Origin: Antedon mediterranea
Taxonomy: Eukaryota > Animalia > Echinodermata
NCBI RefSeq assembly: GCF_964355755.1
Contig: NC_092676.1
Location: 21,656,871 to 21,720,870, forward strand
Reading direction: 5' to 3'
Length of the DNA: 64,000 nt
Below, in pieces: positions 13,575 through 26,699 of the stretch. Numbering within the stretch: position 1 is the stretch's first letter; the number at the start of each line of letters is the position of its first letter. A program made the position numbers and the translations under genes. The notes below the pieces were generated by a model. That model made no database searches and was not told where the DNA came from. It saw nothing but the letters and a program-made list of their open reading frames with translations.

Positions 13575-14665
13575 TTATGATGATGTACGAACATTTAATG
13601 GATTATGATTTTACGACTAACTGTAAAAATTGAAAATAAAAAAAAATGTTTGTTTATGGCCATTTGATTGCTATATGAAATTTGATAAATAAATAATTAT
13701 TTATTTTGTTTCGTTTAATTCCTTTACTCCATGTTTAATTCTGAAAATGGTTCCAGCGAACAAAAATCATTTTTCCACCATTAGACTAAAGTGTGCATTA
13801 AAAATGAAACTTAATTGTATGTACGATTCTACATTGCAACGTATTAAATACGTTTTGTTTATGTTGCTTACAAGAATAGGTACTGTACTGTATTTAGATT
13901 TAAGTATCGACGCTATCATGTGAATCCGATTAGTTAAGTCCAAACGACCTCATCCTTGTCGCACTAAAGCATGCAGTAAAGAACAAAGCTTGATCTTTAT
14001 TTAGATAACAATGCAATGGAGGAAGTACTGTTTTCGATAATAAAAGCCTTTGTGAAAAGATTTCGAATCATTCCCTCGTCGAAGTCCATGGTAACCATGG
14101 TAACAGCATGGAGGTAAACATGGTAACAGCTGCTGTTCATTGTGCTGTACACCTGCCAGTATGAATCCAAATGGAGGAATTGGGATACAAATGCTGTACG
14201 TACAAGTACAGGCAGTACATGTACAAGGTAAGTAGGCTACTTTGTTTCCCATGCCAATTAAACATAGGAGTATTCAACGATGACTGATCACTCCGGTCGC
14301 CAATCAATCCGTTCGGCCGCCGTTTAAAACAATATATCTACTTATGAAAAGAAATAAATTGGTATCAAAAGAAAAAGGGTTCCTTTATGAGCATTTTAGG
14401 ATGAATGAACCGTGTCCACTGAGTCTGATCTGTATATGAGTTACAATTATAATTATTATAGTCTGTTACTGTAGGGCCACCTACAGTATTAGCCTATAAT
14501 ATATGATATACGTTACTAACTACATTTTTTTTGTGAATGTTTATTTATTTGGTAAAAAATATTCTTCATTATCCTAGTCACTGCAAATTAATGTTTTTCT
14601 TTTTGAAAATTGAGGTCAAATTTTGTTTTTCAAATAAGGGTTTCATTCAGCAATGAATGGGCATG
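13575..14665. repeat. Local segmental duplication, copy 2 of 11330-12215
   Basis: Collinear similarity with indels. Confidence 0.85.
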
Positions 14666-15110
14666 GTTAAACCTATCGACTAATCTATTAATCTATTAAT
14701 TGTACAAAAATGACTTACCTCGTCCAGATTAATATCATCGCAGTGGTCCACAGTTTCATTATCGTAAAAACTCTTGTTCTTTATAATTTAATAAAACTAT
14801 ATAGGCTACAGTTTCTCTAATGCATAAAGCTTTTCATAATTTACTCCCAGCAATTGTCCAAAATAATTTCATTTAATGCTCAGTTGTCCAGTCCACGATA
14901 AATATACTCGACAAAAACACCAATTCTACCCACAATTTAAAAGAACTACTTTAAAATCATTAGGTATCGTCAGTAAAGGGGTTAAACTTGGGCGTGAAAT
15001 ACCTGAGACTCTTAAGTTACATAAGAATTCTATAACTTCTAAAATAAAATACAAAAATAAATTACTTTTGCAATACTCTGATTAAAACAGGTATTTTTTA
15101 CAATTACATT

Positions 15111-16722
15111 TTACTCGATGTACTTACCGTCTTTAGGGTCGACCTCAGTCGTTAACTGACCCAAGTAGTCGCCCAGGGGAGGGTCCCAAGCCCCGGGTTT
15201 TGACACGTAGATTACGCTGTCGGTATCGTAATACAAGACGCGTTCCTGTAATTTCTCCAACAGCTCGTATAATTTTAAACGCAATGACAACGTTAACCTT
15301 TCGGTTAACTTCAACAAATTGTTCCTCGTCCTCGTATTTTACCTCCGCCAAATCATCATTAACAAAATGTACCGGGGGTTCGATAAAATATCGTAAACCT
15401 CGTTAGGATCTTGCGTATATTTAATTCTCGTAAGATTTTCACGCTGACCAAATTGACCCCAAAAACTATTTAGCATTAATTTGGCCAGAGATCGAAGCCC
15501 AGGATTGTACGCAATGTCGTCATGATTCAAGTTGATACCTTCTACGGTTCGATAGTCCGAAATGTATTTTTGTTTATCTTCGGGCGTTTTACACCATTCA
15601 GGCCAACCCGAAGCTTCTTGTTTCAATTTTTAAAATGTGTTAATGTAAGAGGCAAATAGGCCGGACGAGGGAGAATCTGCAGAGTACGCGCTTTTATTTT
15701 TAAAGTGCCATACTACGTGAACTTTACGTATCTCGTACCCAACCTCCACGGCTTTAGCGACCTCGATCGTTGCCCAAGAACCTGTAAATTCTCTATCTGT
15801 ACCAGAATGATTTCAAGCGGTTTGTTGTTGAGAATCGACGCATGTTCTACAGAGAGCAAACATTAATTTACCGTTTGATCTATAAGGTAGGACTGGATGG
15901 AATACATTTTTAGGCGCTTCGATAGTACACTTTATCAAACCGAAATATTCGTTGATATCTGTGGACATGTCTTTGCGATCAGCGATTTCAGGATGTCCTA
16001 CGGGGTAGGTACCGTATTTATTTACATAAGGGTACAAGGAAGTATAATCGATGTAATTCATTTCTTCACCCGGTTTTACCTTATAGAACAAACAACTGGC
16101 ATTAGTCCTCCCACCGAAAAACGCGTCTCTTGGATTCAAAGTTTGCCTAATGAAAGGAACTTTGGAGACGATAGATTTAATGTTAGGGGCCAACGATTGT
16201 TTGATCCGTTTCTATTCGTGCTCCCAAATTTCGACGTACTCAAAATCTGGAAATTGCTCCTTCAGAAACCGTGTTTTCTTGCTTGTCTTGACAAAGCATT
16301 CCAACATGGCTTCGTTAGTGAAGGGGTTAATGGAATCGGATCTATAACATTCTTGGCACCCGTGGAACAAACAACCCATAAATTCGAAAATAATTTTGTT
16401 TTCTAAACATGCGCCGTCGACAAAGTAAGGCCCAAACATTTTTCCCCTCCATTTCTTGCATGATGGATAAAGAACCCCCCCCCCCCCCCTTTTATGCGAC
16501 TCGTAGCACAGCCATTCCATGCTAGAGTGAGAATGGTTAACGGTTGTTAGATACCCTGATGGTGGAAATAAAGCGATGGTGGATGGTTTTAAAAAAATTC
16601 TAGAAAAGACGTGATTACACGCCGAGGCAATTGTCATTAAATTATTTGAAAAGGGGTCAACGCCTCCGAGTAGTAAAAGTAAGACAACACTTTCTGAGAA
16701 TATCTACATCGCTGATGCAGTA
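15111..16722 (-). pseudogene. Protein-primed family B DNA polymerase of a Polinton/Maverick (adintovirus-like) element, frameshifted
   Basis: Ordered motifs YCISDVDILRK, TIASAC, an inserted nuclease-like segment (VDG..EFMGCLFHGC..EIWEHE), RDAFFGGRT, YIDYTSLYP, KQEASGWP, KLMLNSFWGQFGQ and YYDTDSVIY. Confidence 0.93.
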
Positions 16723-16724
16723 CT

Positions 16725-17252
16725 TTACGAGTTCTCTTTGGAGATTGAAAATTTTATTAGTTTCAATTTTCTGATTATACCATTTAATTTAATTTTTTGA
16801 TCTACGTGATCAATTAGTAAACTTTCCGATAGATCCTGAACAATATCTATAGCATTATCGCATATATCCATAAGAGAAAGGCTACCGGTCTCGGACATAC
16901 TTTGACTGACTGGTAAATCAAAGTCCAGATCGCCAAACACAAAATCCTCGAGTAATCCCACATCTGGGATAATATCGTCAGATACATTAGCGCGCGATAG
17001 ACTAACTATAGCGTCAACAGCTCTTTGACACTCGATAAATAAACTATCGTTAGCATCAGTTGAGGAAGAAGCGAATTGAGACATTGTAAAATTAAGGTCC
17101 TCCATCTCTGAGGCCTTCTTTTTCAGAAGGTACCCCAATATGGTATCAGGTGTTGTGCTGGATAGCAGTTGTCTTACTATCTGATACTCCGAAATATTTT
17201 CGACCATCACCTCTAGCACTTCAACCGAAATTGAAACTTTAGTAGATTCCAT
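16725..17252 (-). CDS. Orphan ORF: in-frame fusion of family A micro-protein and family B acidic module
   Basis: 175-aa ORF. The N-terminal ~54 aa match the other family A copies and the remainder matches family B (DSLFIECQRAVDAIVSLSR). An AG acceptor sits directly before the ATG. Confidence 0.55.
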   Translation of the reverse strand: MESTKVSISVEVLEVMVENISEYQIVRQLLSSTTPDTILGYLLKKKASEMEDLNFTMSQFASSSTDANDSLFIECQRAVDAIVSLSRANVSDDIIPDVGLLEDFVFGDLDFDLPVSQSMSETGSLSLMDICDNAIDIVQDLSESLLIDHVDQKIKLNGIIRKLKLIKFSISKENS

Positions 17253-17449
17253 CTATACAACAATACAATAACAATAAATAAAGATAAAAACTACTCACAA
17301 TATCGTTAAATCAGAAAAAATCAAACTGTAAACTGGAAAAGTAAGAGGGCTAGTGGGAGAGAGAAACACTGAAACACTAAATTAAAAACAAATTTCAAAT
17401 AAAGACACCGCAAATTTTAATCAAAGTATTCAACAAAAACAATTAAGGC

Positions 17450-17652
17450 CTACGAAGATGGAGGGTAGGGCCAGTCTAGGACCAGCTCCCAGTTTAGGTC
17501 CTCCATCTCCATAGCCTTTCTCCGCAACAGATATCACAATGTGGTATCTGTCTTTGTTTTTATTAGTAGCTCTCTCACAACTTTGTAATTTTCGAGACTG
17601 CCGACGAGAACTTCCAACGCCTCTACTGACACGGTTATTCTGTTGAATCCAT
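17450..17652 (-). pseudogene. Family A orphan micro-protein copy (frameshift + stop)
   Basis: Restores to MDSTE.TVSVEALEVLVGSLENYKVVRELLIKTKTDTTL*YLLRRKAMEMEDLNWELVLDWPYPPSS. Confidence 0.75.
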
Positions 17653-18302
17653 CTATACAACAATACAATAACAATAATTAAAGAAAAGGGGTCAAAACAA
17701 TAAAAAAAAATAAATAAAAATAAATAACAAACAAACGAAAAATATTAAGAATAGAATATAAAGCAACTTACAGAAGCGAATGAATGATTAAAAAAAAAAG
17801 AAATCTTCAAACTCCGAACAAAAACGGCAAATTATTGGACTAGAGAGAGAGAGGGAGAACTATTAAAATCTATAACAAGAGAGAACTCCTCAATAACCAC
17901 AAAATACTAAATAAAATCTACACCAGGATAACAACAACTGTACTTACATAACAGGAATAATACAGGAGCGCCGAAAAACCAGAATATATTCTTTATAGAT
18001 CAATGCACTGGGAACTACCGTAACAGAGAATGTATAGGCTTACAGATATCAATGAGCTTTGAGATAATAATTTGGATGTAAAGGCGATTTTATAAGATTT
18101 ATAAAACAATCTTTCGATTGTTAAAAGAGGGCCGAAGTGCGCAAAACCCCCCTAGCCTACACAGAAACCCAGAAATACTTTGAACGGTAACAAAAACACT
18201 GAAACACTAAATTAAAAACAAATTTCAAATAAAGACACCGCAAATTTTAATCATTATTTGTTGAATAAATTAAAAAAATTATTCAACAAATTCAATTAAG
18301 GC

Positions 18303-18497
18303 CTACAAAGATGGAGGGTAGAGCCAGTCTCGGACCAGCTCCCAATTTATCTCCATAGCCTTTCTCCGCAACTGATACCACAATGTAGTATCTGTCTTTG
18401 TTTTGAGCAATAGTTCTCTAACAATTGTATATGTTTCGATGTTCTCGACAAGAACTTCCAATGCTTCTACGGATACGTTTATTTCTGCTGAATCCAT
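18303..18497 (-). CDS. Family A orphan micro-protein copy (open, small deletion)
   Basis: 64-aa ORF MDSAEINVSVEALEVLVENIETYTIVRELL..LWYQLRRKAME, preceded by ttattgtattgttgtatagATG. Confidence 0.65.
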   Translation of the reverse strand: MDSAEINVSVEALEVLVENIETYTIVRELLLKTKTDTTLWYQLRRKAMEINWELVRDWLYPPSL

Positions 18498-18621
18498 CTA
18501 TACAACAATACAATAACAATAATTAAAGAAGGGGAGGGGGAATTACAGTAAAAAAAAAAAAACAGAAAAATACTAAGAATAAATTGTCTTTGGAAATGAC
18601 AATAACTTGGTAATTTGGTAA

Positions 18622-18978
18622 TCCTCGAGTAATCCCACATCTGGGATATTATCGTCAGATACATTAGCGCGATAGATTAACTTTAGGGTCAACAGCTCTT
18701 GGACATTCTATAAATAAACTATTGTTAGAATCAGTTGATGTTGAAGCGTATTGAGACATTGCAAAAAGTGTTATTCCAAATTAAAAGAACAGGAGATGGT
18801 TAATTAGAAGAGGGGTACGGAAAACCTAAAACCAGCTCCCAATTCATGTCCTCCATCTCCATGGCCTTTCTTTGTAATATATACCACAATGTGGTATCTG
18901 TCGTGGGCAATAACAGATCCCTCACTACTTTGTACTCTGCTATGTTCCCTATGAGAACCTCTAGCTCTCCCACGGTTA
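18622..18978 (-). pseudogene. Family B fragment (18622-18759) and family A copy (18803-18978)
   Basis: Manual translation gives MSQYASTSTDSNNSLFIEC and ELEVLIGNIAEYKVVRDLL..DTTLWYILQRKAMEMEDMNWELVLGFPYP. Confidence 0.7.
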
Positions 18979-19394
18979 TAAAAAAGACAAGAAAAAAAAA
19001 GCAACTAACAATACTGACTTGTTACAAACAGAAAAAAAAACGAATTAGTGGGCAAGACCGAGAGAAAAGGAGAACTATTCAAAACCTGGGAAAAAACGAT
19101 ACAAAAAACTATAACAAGAGAGAACTCCTCAATAACAACAAAAATACCAAATAAATAAAACCACCTCTTCTTCTTCTTTTTTAATTCAATTAGTGATGAC
19201 TGCACAAAAAATATTTGCTTAAAAAAAATCAACGGCAAATTATTGAAATAAAGGTGGCTAGATGTGATGTGTTTGTATGATAGTCATCTCCTCTCTATGC
19301 TTTGTGATGTGCAAAGTTCCTCCTTGTGTTGTGTTTGCGTTTATTGATCGCGCGCGTTGTGTTGTTGAATTTGTTTTTTGAAATTTTGATGACT

Positions 19395-19718
19395 TTATTG
19401 TGATGATGCTGGTAATCTTTTTAAGATGACGCTGCAATGTTGTGTTAATAGTGGGTGTGGTTTTAGTGATGGAGGAGGTGATGCCGCTGGATAAGTTAGT
19501 GATGATGGTAATGACACTCTTTTTAAGATGACGCTGCAACGTTTTGTTAATGATGGAGGTGTTGGTGATTGATGGGGTGATGAAGCTGAAGATGAAGGGA
19601 ATGGTGATAATGCCGGGTGTGGTGTTGTTAGAGGAGGAGCTGGTCCTAGGAGTGATGCTTGTGGTGGTGCTTGAGCCGGTGATGGTGCTGGTGATCGTTT
19701 CTTTTTTCCTTCTGCCAT
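19395..19718 (-). CDS. Pro/Ser-rich low-complexity orphan ORF with basic N-terminus
   Basis: 107-aa ORF starting MAEGKKKRS, with two CSVILKR repeats. No recognisable domain. Confidence 0.35.
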   Translation of the reverse strand: MAEGKKKRSPAPSPAQAPPQASLLGPAPPLTTPHPALSPFPSSSASSPHQSPTPPSLTKRCSVILKRVSLPSSLTYPAASPPPSLKPHPLLTQHCSVILKRLPASSQ

Positions 19719-22214
19719 TCTTATTCCTTTTCTCTTATTTTTGTATGACTTTTTGCTGTAACTTACAGTCTAAACCAAAACAAAAATAAAGAATTTAATT
19801 CGTCGTTCCCACGTGTAACCTTTTGTAGCTTGTATTTTCCTCCTGCAACTTCTTTATTTGCTCTTCCATGACAAACAAATTAATTTGTGCGTGTGCCATT
19901 TTGCTCAAATAAATAAATGAAAATACCTGCGCGGTGATTCTAAATTTATATGAAAATATCTCACCAGCCTCACCCCCAGGTCCTCCATCTTGGCGATTTT
20001 CTTTTTTAACACATACCACAATGTGGTATCTGGTGTTGCGCACAACACAACAGCTTCCTAATAAATAAGTAAATGTTGACATCCACTCTTTTGTTGCCGT
20101 GTTCAGGTAGCTATAGAATTTAAGTTGTTTTAATATTTACGGTGGACAGATTATCTCGATCGTTGAAAACTTGTGTGCATACATTCTGTACCCTTTAATT
20201 CAGATAATATTGAACTAACATACATGTTACACATGTACTTTAACTATCCACTGACCTATGTCACCATTTTAATTCTTTCTGCTAAATCTGCCTCGGTTAA
20301 AGTGAACTGTTATTGAATACTTGTTCTTCCATTCCTTTCAAAGGAAATTCAATCGCCAAAGCGCCAATCTCTAAGCTTGAATTATTCCTTTATTTCCACA
20401 CGTCCATCTGCCAAGAAATGGTCTGTAAATTGTTTCATCAGACTTAATTTGGCTAAAAAACCTTTCTTCTATGTTACAATGTTCACCCATCCTTTCCCAC
20501 TTACAACTAAACGTTTTTGCTTTATGATTATCATCAATTTTTAGTCCGTCTGCCTGAGTAAGATTTACTTTCAATCAACTTGGCGTCAAAACCCTAATTC
20601 TGTAAAACTGTCTTCTCTTACAATTTACATCCATCCTTTAAGTTTATCCTACTTTCAACTACAATATGAGCAATCACGTTATTCTTTTAATTATAATCAC
20701 TTTTTAGTCCGTCTGCTAATTAAACGCCAAGTTACGTTTTATTGTTTCAATCAACATGGCGCCAACACCTTCATTTGTTAAACATATCTTCAACAAATTG
20801 TCCCCGTTATGTCGCTCCTCCTACTCTTTAATTATTGTTCTCTTACTATTGCATTTGATATTACAACCACATGGAATTTCTTTTGTCTGCATTGAATATG
20901 TTTCAAACCTTGTTGATTACAGTACTCTATGTCATTAATGTATATGAATGTTGAAAATATAATCATTTACATTATCTCATGCATTAAAAATAGTTCTAAA
21001 GTGAATACATCTGACTGACAGACCATCTGTACGGTGTAATATTGCACAATGTGTGAAATGCATCTTACTAAGAATGTGACCATTAACACGATCTCCACTG
21101 CGTGTTTGTTTAGTAAATGTTTACCGATGATTTAAAGCAATATTATTGGACATGAATGTATCGCATTTGATAAAGTTCAACAAAAATTTACAAAAATAAG
21201 TTACGAACTAATTGGTACCTTGAACACTTTCAAAACAATACTGAATATTGAACAAAACAAGACCAAGTTTCAGATGGATGAACGATCGAAGCACCAGTGC
21301 GCCGAGAATCAGTCATAAATTTGACTTATGTTTAAGATATCCTCGATCATATTTTGGTTCTGGTGATAGAAAAATCTTAGTAACTGAATGGAGTAGCCAC
21401 CTGTGATCTACACAATGCCAAGAAAACATTCCTGTGTTTCCGTCCGAAGTTTTAGAACATGGAGTGAAGTTGTATTGAAGTATTACTCAAATCTCCACAG
21501 TTGGTGCTAAATGGATGTAATGAACAGTAATGAAGTAAGCATTGTAACCGTATTTCTGTATTGTACATTTGTGGTACCGAGCAGCATAACTAACAGCAAG
21601 ATTTCGAAAAGTTAAAATTGTTCGCATCTCCGATGGCCTAACAATCAACCAACCGGAGGATTGAAGAAACAAATAACTACACAGAAAAGTAATAATGAAC
21701 AGCATATATAATTTCATAACAAATCATAGAAAACTGAACATTTTCCATTGTACTTATTATTAGAAGCAGCGAAACTTGTAAAATATAAAAATGGGAAAAT
21801 TATGTTCAAGATTAGTACCTTGAAACCAGAAACTAGATGCTACACTACACTTGCAAAGGAAGCACACCGCTCTGCTAACACGCGACTTACAGGAATAAAG
21901 ATAAGGAACAAGTTACTCTAGCCTAGCAAGTGTATGGATAATAAATTTTGTTAACGCTCAACGTCAAGTATACACTATACTACCACAATGATAACCGAAC
22001 ACACCATTAAAGAATATTATTTCTTGGTAAACATTACTAAACAAGTCTTCGTGGAGGTCAATAGTTAAAATTCTACTTTCGAACTATACAATGCTATGTT
22101 AATTCATAAAGAAATACGTTTTAATTTTAAATAAATCTCAATCCCGTTCTATTAAACTCTTCGATGCGTTTATTATTTCTATTAAATGAACGGACTGGGT
22201 CATTTCAGATACAC

Positions 22215-22405
22215 ATTACTATCTTACAAAATTTATACCACCAGCACCACCTAAATCCCGCCCAGAACTCGTTTTCAATCATTCTTTGTTGGAAATGATT
22301 CTATACAGTACTTTTAATAGGTTTGAAACTAAAATTCTTATGCGAAATTATATTACTGTAAAGGTTATATCATACTGCTTTCCTATTTAATAAAGATTAA
22401 CCCAT
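22215..22405. repeat. Dispersed repeat (second copy 34288-34476), part of a degraded minus-strand ORF region 22200-22857
   Basis: aaaatttataccacc..cctaaatcccgcccagaactcgttttcaatcattctttgttggaaa is shared by both sites. Confidence 0.75.
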
Positions 22406-22861
22406 GATTTTTTTATTTTTCGTTCTGGCCACGTCCAGTAGAAAACTAATTTTTTTCAATTAAATGGTCCGCCAATTTTCCACTCTGTCTTTCCATGCTT
22501 TTTGCTACCTCCGTTGTCACTCGTGTCTCTGTGAACTCTTTCTCCACTATCGTGATTGCTGCTTTTTCTGCATACGTTTCGACGCATGTTCTATACATAT
22601 CAACAACAGGAAAGACTGATTGTGTTTGGTGTTTTGTACTTTCTCTCCCCATTTCCTTCCTCAGCCATTGGTTATAACTTATCAGTGTTATCTAGCATTT
22701 GCACACAAGTTTTCTTAACGTTGCAATCACAGTAGGTTATCCTCTCCAAATTGTATTCCACATTACCGTGTACAAATTCTTTCAAACATTCTAAATCTGG
22801 GGTTTGACTTTTAATATTGTGTATACCTCTAGATAAATTGAGTAGCTGATCGAACATTTTT

Positions 22862-24385
22862 CTTACATTGTCCCCAACATTGCTAGTCTTACGTTGTCCC
22901 CAACATTGCTAGTCTTACGTTGTCCCCAACATTGCTAGTCTTACGTTGTCGCCAACATTGCTATTCTTACGTTGTCCCCAACATTGCTAGTCTTACGTTG
23001 TCCCCAACATTGCTAGTCTTACGTTGTCCCCAACAGTGCTAGTCTTACGTTGTCCCCAACATTGCTATTCTTACGTTGTCCCCAACATTGCTATTCTTAC
23101 GTTGTCCCCAACAGTGCTATTATTACGTTGTCCCCAACATTGCTATTATTACGTTGTCCCCAACATTGCTAGTCTTACGTTGTCCCCAACATTGCTAGTC
23201 TTACGTTGTCCCCAACATTGCTAGTCTTACGTTGTCCCCAACATTGCTATTCTTACGTTGTCCCCAACATTGCTATTCTTACGTTGTCCCCAACATTGCT
23301 ATTCTTACGTTGTCCCCAACATTGCTAGTCTTACGTTGTCGCCAACATTGCTATTCTTACGTTGTCGCCAACATTGCTATTCTTACGTTGTCGCCAACAT
23401 TGCTATTCTTACGTTGTCCCCAACATTGCTAGTCTTACGTTGTCCCCAACATTTCTAGTCTTACGTTGTCCCCAACATTGCTAGTCTTACGTTGTCCCCA
23501 ACAGTGCTAGTCTTACGTTGTCCCCAACAGTGCTATTCTTACGTTGTCCCCAACAGTGCTTTTCTTACGTTGTCCCCAACAGTGCTAGTCTTACGTTGTC
23601 CCCAACATTGCTAGTCTTACGTTGTCCCCAACATTGCTAGTCTTACGTTGTCCCCAACATTGCTAGTCTTACGTTGTCCCCAACATTGCTAGTCTTACGT
23701 TGTCCCCAACATTGCTAGTCTTACGTTGTCCCCAACATTGCTAGTCTTACGTTGTCCCCAACATTGCTAGTCTTACGTTGTCGCCAACATAGCTATTCTT
23801 ACGTTGTCGCCAACATAGCTATTCTTACGTTGTCCCCAACATTGCTAGTCTTACGTTGTCCCCAACATTGCTAGTCTTACGTTGTCCCCAACAGTGCTAT
23901 TCTTACGTTGTCCCCAACATTGCTATTCTTACGTTGTCCCCAACATTGCTAGTCTTACGTTGTCCCCAACATTGCTAGTCTTACGTTGTCCCCAACAGTG
24001 CTATTCTTACGTTGTCCCCAACATTGCTATTCTTACGTTGTCCCCAACATTGCTATTCTTACGTTGTCCCCAACATTGCTATTCTTACGTTGTCCCCAAC
24101 ATTGCTATTCTTACGTTGTCCCCAACATTGCTAGTCTTACGTTGTCCCCAACATTGCTAGTCTTACGTTGTCCCCAACAGTGCTAGTCTTACGTTGTCCC
24201 CAACAGTGCTAGTCTTACGTTGTCCCCAACAGTGCTATTCTTACGTTGTCCCCAACAGTGCTATTCTTACGTTGTCCCCAACAGTGCTATTCTTACGTTG
24301 TCCCCAACAGTGCTATTCTTACGTTGTCCCCAACAGTGCTATTCTTACGTTGTCCCAACATTCCTATTCTTACGTTGTCTCCAAC
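22862..24385. repeat. 26-bp minisatellite, about 58 copies
   Basis: Unit TTACGTTGTCCCCAACATTGCTA(G/T)TC, head to tail, with a few recurrent variants and no spacers. Confidence 0.97.
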
Positions 24386-24664
24386 TTTTTGGAATAAAGG
24401 ACCTTCATATGTCTGCGAAAATAACGTCAGACGTCAGATGATCCCTCCGTGCAAAAGGGATAGAGATAGGTGTATCCAACCCTTCAGCCTGTATGACTAT
24501 TCGAATTATGTCGTCGACATGCACGTTAATGCAAAGATTATCGGACGACATGCTCGAAAATTCTATACAGAATGGGCAGAAACACCTCTAAACTTAAATG
24601 TTCTACATTAAAAAAATTAACTGCAAAATCGTTAATAGTAGCGTTAAAACGCTGGTTAAATCTA

Positions 24665-25421
24665 TCAGCTAATCGAATAATTTTGCAGAAATGACTTAAA
24701 TCTACCTTCGTCCAGTCCGATAAATAAAATATCAGTTGTGGTTGAAGCGTAATGAGAAACCATATCGGCTTCTCTTTTTTGCCATTTTTCAATGTTTGCT
24801 TTTGACTCCAAGTGCAATTTTTCTATAACCTGTTGGTATTTAATTTCTCTTTGCTCAGATTTGGCAATATGGTTTTGAAATTCTGTTAACATCGTATCGA
24901 ATCGTGTTTGCAAAGTAGTCAGTTTTGTTTCGGTTTCACGTAAATCTTTGCGTGCCTGCTCCAGTTGGCTTACGAGTTGTTGAATGCCAATTTTGGATGA
25001 GGGTAGATTATTGACATCACTGATAAAACCTCTCGTCGATGGATACTTGTCCAATATAGCGTCTTCTATGATTCTTTTTCGCTTGTACGTACGTTTTTCC
25101 TTTTCTTGTAATACCGTCATTTGATCTGATACGCCAAGAATGTTTACTATGGCAGTCCAATCACTGCTTGTATGTGATTCGATCGCTCGTCCCACAAATC
25201 GAGCAAATAGTGTTTTGTTGATAGAATTGGTTTTGGCAATATTCGCAATGGGGGTGGCAACACCATTATTTTTCTCCTGTGTGGAAAAGGCACCGTTCAA
25301 AGTTATGGGATACTTCATGTCCGCACCGCAGTGATAGGTTCGTTTTTCTTTTTTATCCAATAAGAATATACGGTTGTTGTTGGTCACCGTCATTTGCAAC
25401 TCTTCCAGTTTGTCGTTGTCC
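24665..25421 (-). pseudogene. Family C coiled-coil orphan ORF, copy 1 (5'-truncated)
   Basis: KEKRTYKRKR basic patch followed by a long heptad-rich helix (QQLVSQLEQARKDLRETETKL). Near-identical copies at 28947-29375 and 34805-35790. Confidence 0.65.
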
Positions 25422-25425
25422 AATA

Positions 25426-26345
25426 CACATCTGGGATATTATCGTCAGATACATTAGCGCGCGATAGACTAACTATAGCGTCAACAGCTCTTTGACATTC
25501 GATAAATAAACTATCGTTAGAGTCAGTTGAGGTTGCAGCGAATTTAGACATTGCAAAACTTGGACAAAAATCATTACCGGAACTTGAAAGAATTAGTAAA
25601 TGAGTAATTAATTAAAACATATCACGATATTATTAAACCTTCCCGTGACGATTACGATTGGTCAATACATTCTTTAATAGTAATAAGGAAATTCCGCCCA
25701 TAACAGTGACCATTAGATTTAGCCAGGAAACGGATTAATTAATAACAGTAATAAACCTTCCCGTGACGATTACGATTGGTCAGACATTCTTTAATAATTA
25801 GGAAACTCCATCCATAACAGTGACCATTAGATTTATCCTTCAACCGTATATACAGGGTCGTATCTGCCTTAGTACTTGCCAGTAGATGTCTAACCACTTT
25901 ATACGTCTCAATGTTCTCAATGAGAACCTCTAGTACTTCTATGGCTACGGTAACTTCGAGTTGGAAACGAAAACGGCGAATTAGTGTACTAGCATAACCT
26001 GTTCAATTTGGTTGGAGCCATAGAATGCCAAGACCTTGTTGCCGGGTTAATTTGGCCAGAGATCGAAGCCCAGGATTGTACGCAATGTCGTCCTGATTCA
26101 ATCTTCTTCGGTTCGATAGTCCGAAATTGAAATAGGTTTACCACCGCCAGCAATCCTCCAACTCCATAGCCTTTCTCCGCAACAGATACCACAGTGTGGT
26201 ATCTCTTTTTGTTTTAAACAGAAGCTCTCTCAAAATTTTATAGTTCTCGACGTTTATTGATGCTGAATCCATCTATACAACAATACAATAACAGTAATTA
26301 TCCTTCCAACGCCTCTACTGACACTGTTATTTCTGTTGAATCCAT
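25426..26345 (-). pseudogene. Mosaic of family B, promoter-like repeat, family A and pPolB scraps
   Basis: B piece at 25426-25551; tandem CCAAT-containing repeat at 25630-25840; A pieces at 25862-25956 and 26153-26345; ~26048-26128 matches pPolB 15478-15563. Confidence 0.7.
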
Positions 26346-26415
26346 CTATACAACAATACAATAACAATAATTAAAGAAGGGGGGTCTATTCTCTTCTCCA
26401 AGTACACTCATAAAT

Positions 26416-26652
26416 TTATTTTCTACTGTGGATTCGACAAGTCGCTTCAAAAACACTTTGACTAACTGTCAAATCAAAGTCCTGGTCGTTAAAAACAAAA
26501 TCCTCCAGTAACCCAACATCGGGGATATTACCGTCAGTTACAATAGAGTTTATATTAGACCGCGATAGGCTAACTATAGCTTCAACTGCTCTTTGGCATT
26601 CGCTAAACAAACTATCGTTAGAATCGGATGAAGTGGAAGCGTTATGAGCCAT
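26416..26652 (-). CDS. Family B acidic orphan ORF, stand-alone copy
   Basis: MAHNASTSSDSNDSLFSECQRAVEAIVSLSR..PDVGLLEDFVFNDQDFDL. Near-identical DNA at 35850-36073. Confidence 0.5.
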   Translation of the reverse strand: MAHNASTSSDSNDSLFSECQRAVEAIVSLSRSNINSIVTDGNIPDVGLLEDFVFNDQDFDLTVSQSVFEATCRIHSRK

Positions 26653-26699
26653 TATGAAAATCAGTAACACATCTTGGAAAATCATTAAACGAATAAAGA

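Noticed and set aside
18303-18497. BH3-only motif in family A (LRRKAMEME)
   Set aside because: It lacks the hydrophobic residue and the invariant Asp of LxxxGD; the resemblance is superficial.
20300-22860. Possible helicase or further viral genes in degraded minus-strand ORFs
   Set aside because: No Walker or other diagnostic motif could be read; left unassigned.
22862-24385. CRISPR array, or the repetitive ORFs (MSPTLLFLRCPQHC...) called over it
   Set aside because: Units are contiguous with no unique spacers, there are no cas genes and the context is eukaryotic. The ORFs are translation artefacts of a 26-bp repeat.
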